DNA of 64,000 nucleotides from the human T2T-CHM13v2.0 reference genome, Homo sapiens. The stretch lies in NCBI RefSeq assembly GCF_009914755.1, contig NC_060929.1; one strand, 5' to 3'. A program made the translations under genes and the position numbers. Below are positions 51,448 to 64,000 of this stretch, in pieces; the stretch's first letter is position 1, and every line of letters begins with the position of its first letter. The notes below the pieces were generated by a model. It did not search any database. It was not told the DNA's origin and saw only the letters and a list, made by a program, of their open reading frames with translations.

Positions 51448-53684
51448 TGATCCATTCGCCTCAGCATCCTAAATGCTGGGATCACAGGCGTGAGCCACCG
51501 AGCCTGGCCTAATGTACTATCTAAATGCTGTAAGGTTATAACTTAGTTTTTGGTGGGAAGGTACAGGGAAGGCACAGGGAACTGCCTTCCTGCATTTATC
51601 TAGAAAGAAAATTATTCAGTGGCTTGGGAGGAGTTCCAAAGTCACAAGCTTCAAGACCCTGCTCTTTCTTTGCCTCTTGCCCCTCCCACTACCCAAACTT
51701 TTTGTCACCAACAAAGATTTCTCTGTGGGTAAGGGAGGGACTTAGGGAGCATCTGTGTCTACAGCCGAGGGTGTCTCTGACCACTGGGCCTGCAGATTCC
51801 CAAAGAACTCTAGCCACAGGAATTTTTGATTTCCCAGGTCTCCCCTCTCTAATTCTGTCTGCTTTATCCCCTTCTAGTCTATCTCCACACACACCCCTCC
51901 CCATTTTTTCCTCAAAAGCATAGTTTAGAAGTTAAAATCGTGGATTTTAATCGAGCCTGGCAAGCCTGAGTTCAAGTCCTGGCTTTGTCGCTGTCTGACC
52001 TAGGCCTCAGTTTTCTTTACTTTGAAGTACAAGTGACCAGCCTGGGCAACATGGTAAAACCTTGTCTCTACAAAAAAATGCAAAAATTAGCTGGGTGTGG
52101 TGGTGTGTGCCTGTAGCCCCCAGCTACACAGGAGGCTAAGGCAGGAGGATTGCTTGAGCCCAGGAGGTCAAGGCTGCAGTGAGCCATGATCATGCCACTG
52201 CAACTCTGGCCTGCGCAATGGAGCAACCCTGTCTCAAAAATAACTAAGTAAAATGCAAGTGGTATCAGTACCTCGCAAGTTGTTGTGAAGGAAGGAAAAT
52301 GCATATGAAGCACTTAACGCAGTGCCTGACATGCTCAATGAAGGCCAGACACTTTTGTTTTTGCCCTGTTCTCTCAAATCCTCCAAGTCTCAAGTCTGCC
52401 CTGCCTCTGGGTATCCGTAGTCAAGTCCCTTTATGGGCCTGAATGTGCTCAGGATTCCTCAGTCCACCAAGATGAAGGAGCCAGGAAATGCTCTGCACAC
52501 TTCAGGATGAAGGGTTAGGAAACTCGGGGCGGGTGACAGCAGCTTAGGTACAGCCGACACAGGGCATTTGAGAGTGCTGGCACTTGCCTGGGAGAAAACA
52601 GTGGGTAGGGAGGCTGGGAAAAGTCTCGGCCTGTGAAAATGCCACCTCATGAGCTTCACCTGCAGTTTCCACAACAGCCTTGTTCCCCAGCCCCAGACCT
52701 GTGACTCTGTCATGGAGGGGGTAGGAGGGGATGGGGACAATCAGAGTCTTGTCCTCCAGCCCATGGACTTTTAGAGAAATGCCTGACATCTCCGGAAGCC
52801 AGTGTTCTGGTACTCAGGCCCTCTTACCCACCACCGACGAGGGGCCACCACCCCTCCCCATCTGAGCCCTCTTGTGCACTCTTTCTGCTGCTTTGAGCAC
52901 AGAGGACTTGTAGAGGGTGAGGTGGGGGCAGAGCAGGAATGGTCAAAGGGAAGTTGCTGCCCTGTGAGTCAGAATGCCCTGGACTCGTCATGATTCCCAG
53001 CAACTGCTCCCTGATGAGAGGACCCCTATGAGCGGCTTCACAACTCATTGGCTGGCAGAGCCTGTCAGAGAGGTGCCATTTCCAAGTAGCCTCCTCTGGA
53101 GGTCATCTACTCTAGCCCCCTGGATGTGAGAATGTTAAGCACATCCTCCTTGGTGAATAGTTCTTTGTGTCTAACCTGAGTCCCTCTTGCTGTGATTTAA
53201 CTTTAAAATCTACATTAGGAATTCCTAGGTTGCTACTCCTCATGTGAAAGGAGAGAACAGATCCCCTGTGAAGCCCATGGTGCAGAGGATTTGTGTTAGA
53301 ACAGTTGAGAGAGTGGCCGTCGTCAGCCCTGCCCCAAGATCAGAGGGTGAGGGTCATGAGTAGCCTGAGCACATCCTAGAAGGAGCTTTGGGCCTGGGTC
53401 TTGCACTAACACAGCTCCCTCCCACAATTCAGGAGGCCAGCCTTTATGGGGAGCCCAGCTCCCCCAGGACAATTTCCCACAAGAGGGTTTAACCGTAGCT
53501 CCATTTTACCCCTGCCTGGTAATCAGGACCCCCCAATCCAACTGATCTTCATGGAAAGGCTCTGGAATTTCCCCTGGGCACAGCCCCTGGATGGAAAGCA
53601 TGTGTCTCCTGAGAAAGAGACCGATGCCTAGAATGGCCAGCTGCGGAGAGGAATTGCCATGGGAAAGCGGCAGGCACCTCTTAC

Positions 53685-53745
53685 CTCGGAACAGGAGGAA
53701 GCCCAGGATCACCCAGCACAGCTGCATGGCTCCTGCGGTGCCCAT
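53685..53745 (-). CDS. ECSCR: ECSCR coding exon 1, signal peptide (MGTAGAMQLCWVILGFLLFR)
   Basis: gacATGG Kozak-like start at 53745; CGAG|GTAAG donor; 61 nt. Confidence 0.95.
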
Positions 53746-53749
53746 GTCA

Positions 53750-54000
53750 GCTGGGTATGTGGCGGGCAGGCAGCAGCTCAGTGGAGGCTCTGTCCATAGT
53801 GGAGAAGAGAGAGGGAGTGCTGGGGCGGGATGGGGGTGGGGACTGGCTCTCCAGGAGCTTCCTGTCAAAAGAATAGAAGGAAACACATTGGGACCAGCTC
53901 CAGGGGCCCTGCTCAGCCATGTCCAGATGAGGATGTGAGGCTGCAGCAGCGACTGTGCCCACCCAGCATGGCCTCTAGTGCCTATGCACAATGACCAACC
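53750..54000 (-). promoter_or_regulatory. ECSCR proximal promoter and 5' UTR (non-CpG-island), ETS and SOX-like motifs
   Basis: CAGGAAG on minus near 53860, GGAAA near 53880, GC box near 53825, ACAATG near 53988; consistent with the known endothelial restriction of ECSCR. Confidence 0.55.
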
Positions 54001-54317
54001 ATGGCAACCTGGCCCCATCCCCATTCTCTTCCCTTCTGAGGGTCCATCAGGTTCCACCACAGACCGCCTGGGGGTTTTCCTGGAATCTAACACCAATCCC
54101 GCCCAGTACTGTTTCAGACCAGGTTCTCCTTTCCCATGATTCAGCCTGGAAGCCCAGCCCACCAGTCACCCATGCTCCCTGGACCCTGAATTCTCCACAT
54201 TCCTCTCCCTCCTCAGGGATCCCAATGCAGATAGGACTCCCCACATCTTTCAGAGAGGCCCTATACGCATGATTATTATTCCTTTTTTACTTTTTTTTTT
54301 TAAGAGATGGGGTCTTG

Positions 54318-54643
<326 letters not shown>

Positions 54644-54989
54644 CTATATTGCTCAGTCTGGACTCAAACTCCTGGGTTCAAGTGATCCTCCTGCCTCGGC
54701 CTCACAAGTAGCTGGGACTTCAGGCATGTGCCACCAAGCCGGGTATCGTTATTCTTAATAGAAAAGCAAGAGTCCCTATTTGAAGCACTCCTCCCTCTGC
54801 ATCCTCACTGGGGTGAGGTGTCCCCTGTCCTCGGCATCCAGCAGCACTCATCCTTATCCCAGGATTCTCTCTGTTGCAGACTGCAAGCCAGCATTGTGAC
54901 TTTTTTCAATATTCCTAGGACCTGGCACAATGCCTGCCACATAGCAGGTCCTCAGCACATATTTATTGAACTAAACTCAAAAGATTTAA

Positions 54990-59335
<4,346 letters not shown>

Positions 59336-60415
59336 CCTCAGTGGTTTTTATATATTTAGAGAGTTGTTCACTCACCCCAAATAAAATCAATTTTATAACA
59401 TTTCCATTACCCTAAAAAGAAACCCCACACTCCTTACAGACCTATAGCTTTTTACAAGGCTAGAAGTGGGGTGTGGTAGAGGAAAGCAGCCTTTGCTCCT
59501 TACTTACCCAACTCTAGCCCAGAGTTTCCGATGACCTCAAAAGTCAGCCGCCTCTCAGACCTGCCCTGAGTCTATCATGGCAACCCCACTCTGGCCTGCT
59601 CAGGGTATTCCCACAGGCCCCTGTCCTTCGGCTCCCTCTGCAGACTCCTCAGCCTGCCTGCCTTTGGTGGTGACAGAGTGAAAGAAGGGTTGCTCTTTGC
59701 CTTCCTCTGGCCAGCAAAGCCACTTCCACCCTCCCCCGGAGAGATGGAAAGGAGGTGGAGGTTGCAATGAGCCGAGATTTCGCCACTGCACTCCAGCCTG
59801 GGTGACAGAACAAGACTAAGTCTCAAAAAAAAAAAAAAGAGTCATGGTTCCTGGAAAGATGAGCCTCCGCATACCTGTTACATAAGACAAAGTGTGACAA
59901 ATGTTAGGAGCGGGTAAGAAACATTATGCTGTAAGGCTTAAGGAAAAGAAAGCAAGTTACTCAAGTACAGGGCTGAAAAATTCGTCCCTAGAGGAGGCCA
60001 CACTTGACCTAAGCTATAACAGATGTTTAAGGTTTAGACGGCAGGAATGGGTGGGCAGCTCATAGCAGTGGTAGAGAAGTGACACAGAAGGCTGGGGCTG
60101 TAGTCTGGTCCCAGAAGTTCCACCGTATTATCCTCTCGGAAGCCCTTTAGGAGACAGATCCAGGATTAATGAGGGAGGAAAGGGAAGAAGTAGTCATCAG
60201 AAGGATCAAAAATTGGGCTTTTGGACACAGGGACCGGAGCCCCAGTGGAGATATCTGCCAGAGCAATGGCACATGTGTCTTGAGGAGGCAGGAGGTGAAT
60301 AGCAGTGGCCGAAGTTCAGGACCCGTGGCAGAGTCCAGATTCCCTCTGGCTAAAGTCTAAATGGACCAAGGTGGGAAGCAGAGGATGAGCAGAGCCTTTG
60401 ATCCCGTTGGGAGGG

Positions 60416-60463
60416 GGTCAGCCAGGGGCTTCAGGGTCAGCCAGGGGCTTCAAGGTCAGCCAG
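60416..60463. repeat. 19-bp tandem repeat, about 2.5 copies
   Basis: ggtcagccaggggcttca(g/a) x2 plus ggtcagccag. Confidence 0.9.
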
Positions 60464-61019
60464 CAATAGGTCCCGCTCACTTTGCAGATCAGGTCAGCAG
60501 TCCAGGGATCTGGGCTCAAGTGAACTTGGAGGTCTGAGTGGGGGCCCTGGATGTCAGGATGTGGGCAGCTCGGCTGAGAGACAAGGAACCAGGATGCTAC
60601 ATTCTGTTTCATCCTGGATCAAGACTCCAGCGGAGGGGAGTTCCCAGGGTGTCTCTGGCTCTCCAGACTGGAAGGGAGGATGGTGAGTGCACAGCAATGG
60701 ACAGAATGAGGGATGGCTGGTCCCACAGAGTTAGCTGTGGCTAAAAAAAACTGTCTCTAGAGAGAGGAGAGATTGGTGGGCAGTTTTTGTGACTTGGACA
60801 CATTAAAACACATACATACTCTCAAATGAAGTTGCATTCAGGCAAATGCAAAGAAATACAGAATTCATATTTATAAAAACCAAAAGAAAAAAGGGAAAAC
60901 AATGCCTTGTGTGAGAATAATAAACATCAAATTCTATTATTATTATTTTTTTGAGATGGGGTCTCCCCCTGTTGCACAGGCTGCAGTGTAGTGACACGAA
61001 CATGGTTCATGGTCTTTGA

Positions 61020-61310
<291 letters not shown>

Positions 61311-61608
61311 TCATTGTAATATTAATATTTTAAAAATAAATGTGACAAACTATTGAGAGAAGACAGAGCTGGTGGTTGAGCCTTGGAGATTTAGAGACTT
61401 ATTATGTATTTATTAAAGAGAGAATGTATCTGCAGTTTCCATTGTGTTTGAAATATTGTACTTAGAGGCTGGGCACGGTGGCTCACACCTGTAATCCCAG
61501 CACTTTGGGAGGCCGAGGTGGGTGGATCACGAGGTCAGGGGTTCGAGACCAGCCTGACCAACATGGTGAAACCCCGTCTCTACTAAAAATACAAAAATTA
61601 GCTGGTCA

Positions 61609-61787
<179 letters not shown>

Positions 61788-61989
61788 TCAAAGGACAATA
61801 ACTCCAGGAAATTGGTTAAGGCGAGGAGCCAGCATGACTTGGTGGGGGGCAGATTAGGTTGGGGCTCTGGCCAGGCTTCTGAGATCTGGTGGAGGAGGGG
61901 TGGTCAGGCACACCCAGGCTCCTGAAGCTGGCAGGGGGCATGAAAGGAGGCGCCAAGGAGGAAGATTAAGGTACTATCAGAGTTAAGGG

Positions 61990-62182
61990 CAGAGCCCAGG
62001 GTAGCCCAGATGTTCCCGGAAGGAAGTGCAAGCGCAGGAGAGCGGTGAGAGTGTGTGCACAGGGTGTGTGCCCATGGGCCCCGCAGACGTGGCAGCTCCG
62101 GGTAGGGGCTGAATTAGGGTGGCCAGCCCTCCTTTACCCAGCTGGCTGCCAGTCCCAAGGGAGCCCTGTGTCGGCCCGGACA
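61990..62182 (+). promoter_or_regulatory. Putative SMIM33 promoter and 5' UTR with tandem ETS site CCGGAAGGAAGTG
   Basis: ccggaaggaagtg at about 62016-62028 and local CpG enrichment upstream of the ATG. Confidence 0.5.
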
Positions 62183-62191
62183 ATGCACCAG
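62183..62191 (+). CDS. SMIM33: SMIM33 coding exon 1 (MHQ)
   Basis: acaATG CAC CAG|GTAGAC; phase 0 joins the 63593 acceptor. Confidence 0.75.
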
Positions 62192-63209
62192 GTAGACTCT
62201 GCTCACCCCTTCCTGCCAGGCTGGGCTGACTCCCTGCAGGGTCCCCCTGTCTGTCACCAGCCTCAGCTTCCCCTTTTCCTCTGCACATCTAGAGCTGCTT
62301 CCCCACCCCCTGCCCTGGGAACTTTGTGGCCTGGGACCCAGAGACACTTGCAAGGTAGGGTGGGGGGTGTGCCTTTCCACAAAGGGATGCATGTGGGAGA
62401 TGGGATAGTGTGGACAAGGGGACTGAGGGGCTAAAGGACATGGGTTTGTCCTGGGAAGCCTTTCCTGGCCTACCCATGGGGAGGGCCATGCTGAGAGTGC
62501 AGGGTTAGAGAGAGGGGCTCCACCCGCTAAGATTTGTTCCAGGATGGCCCATCTGGGAAGGGGAAGCTAGGGAGGCAAAGTTTCTTGGGCCTGTGAGGAC
62601 CTCAGCTCTAGGGTTTACAGTTTTGCCATTTGCTACCTTCACTACAATGCCACCACCCCCATCTAATACCAAGCAGGGTGGAGTCAGACAGGGGTACGGA
62701 TCGTGACCCCCAGCTTTTGGTAGAAGAACACTGGGACTTGGACAGAGGAAGACTGGCACAGGGTCTCCACAATCCATCCTGGGCAGAGCCAGGAGTCCAC
62801 ACTGGGCACCCCCTCTCCTCCAGGACCCCAGAACCTGATGTTGAGACCTCGGCAGGGTGGCAGGGGTACAGTTATGGAAAGAGGCATCCCCCTGCCTTCT
62901 AAGTTCACATCCCCTCTACCTCTACCTCTACCTCTCCCGCCGCCAGGGCACCACCTGTCTGTCTTCTGTGTGAGTGGGGAGTAAGGGGAGCCTAAAATGC
63001 TGGACAAGGACCCCCTTTCCCCAGGACTTTAAGAAGCAGGTGCTCTCTGCCCACTGCCTAGGATGTGGGGACAGCAGCCCATAGCGTGCCAAGACTCCCG
63101 ACCCAGGGCACAGGATCTATTTAGGAATTTTGCTGGAGACCTGGGAAAAGGGGACAGTGGGAGGAAACTTGGGGGGCCAAACTGTATACGCTGGACTGTG
63201 ATGAAGCCA

Positions 63210-63982
<773 letters not shown>

Positions 63983-64000
63983 GAGGGAGACTTTGGAGAG

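Noticed and set aside
53506-54162. 218-aa minus ORF as an N-terminally extended ECSCR
   Set aside because: The extension runs through promoter sequence and would bury the signal peptide; the ATG at 53745 gives the expected protein
63983-64000. STING1 or SPATA24 sequence expected from synteny
   Set aside because: No exons of either gene are visible; they would lie outside this window

Overview
Primate (human-like), Alu-dense genomic DNA. I recognise it as the DNAJC18-ECSCR-SMIM33 interval of human 5q31.2. Three spliced genes can be rebuilt with canonical GT-AG junctions and consistent phases. DNAJC18 is on the minus strand (8 coding exons, 1077 nt, 358 aa; J-domain, TM and luminal domain; CpG-island promoter near 31.3 kb; long 3' UTR to about 2 kb). 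ECSCR is on the minus strand (10 coding exons, 618 nt, 205 aa; signal peptide, mucin-like stalk, TM). SMIM33 is on the plus strand (2 coding exons, 399 nt, 132 aa), divergent from ECSCR. Also present: a U5 snRNA retrocopy, a THE1-type solo LTR nested in an Alu, old L1/Tigger/MER fragments, dozens of Alus, and a 2.7-kb C-poor GT-rich array with a higher-order duplication in ECSCR intron 8. Nearly all long ORFs in the supplied track are Alu or simple-repeat artefacts. I found no clearly new biological system. The best leads are splicing-level: the CA-rich tract next to ECSCR exon 8, an in-frame upstream acceptor that could give SMIM33 a signal peptide, and a cryptic acceptor plus upstream cassette exon for DNAJC18. 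Gene and repeat-family names come from my recall of the sequences, not from a database search. Repeat boundaries are approximate.
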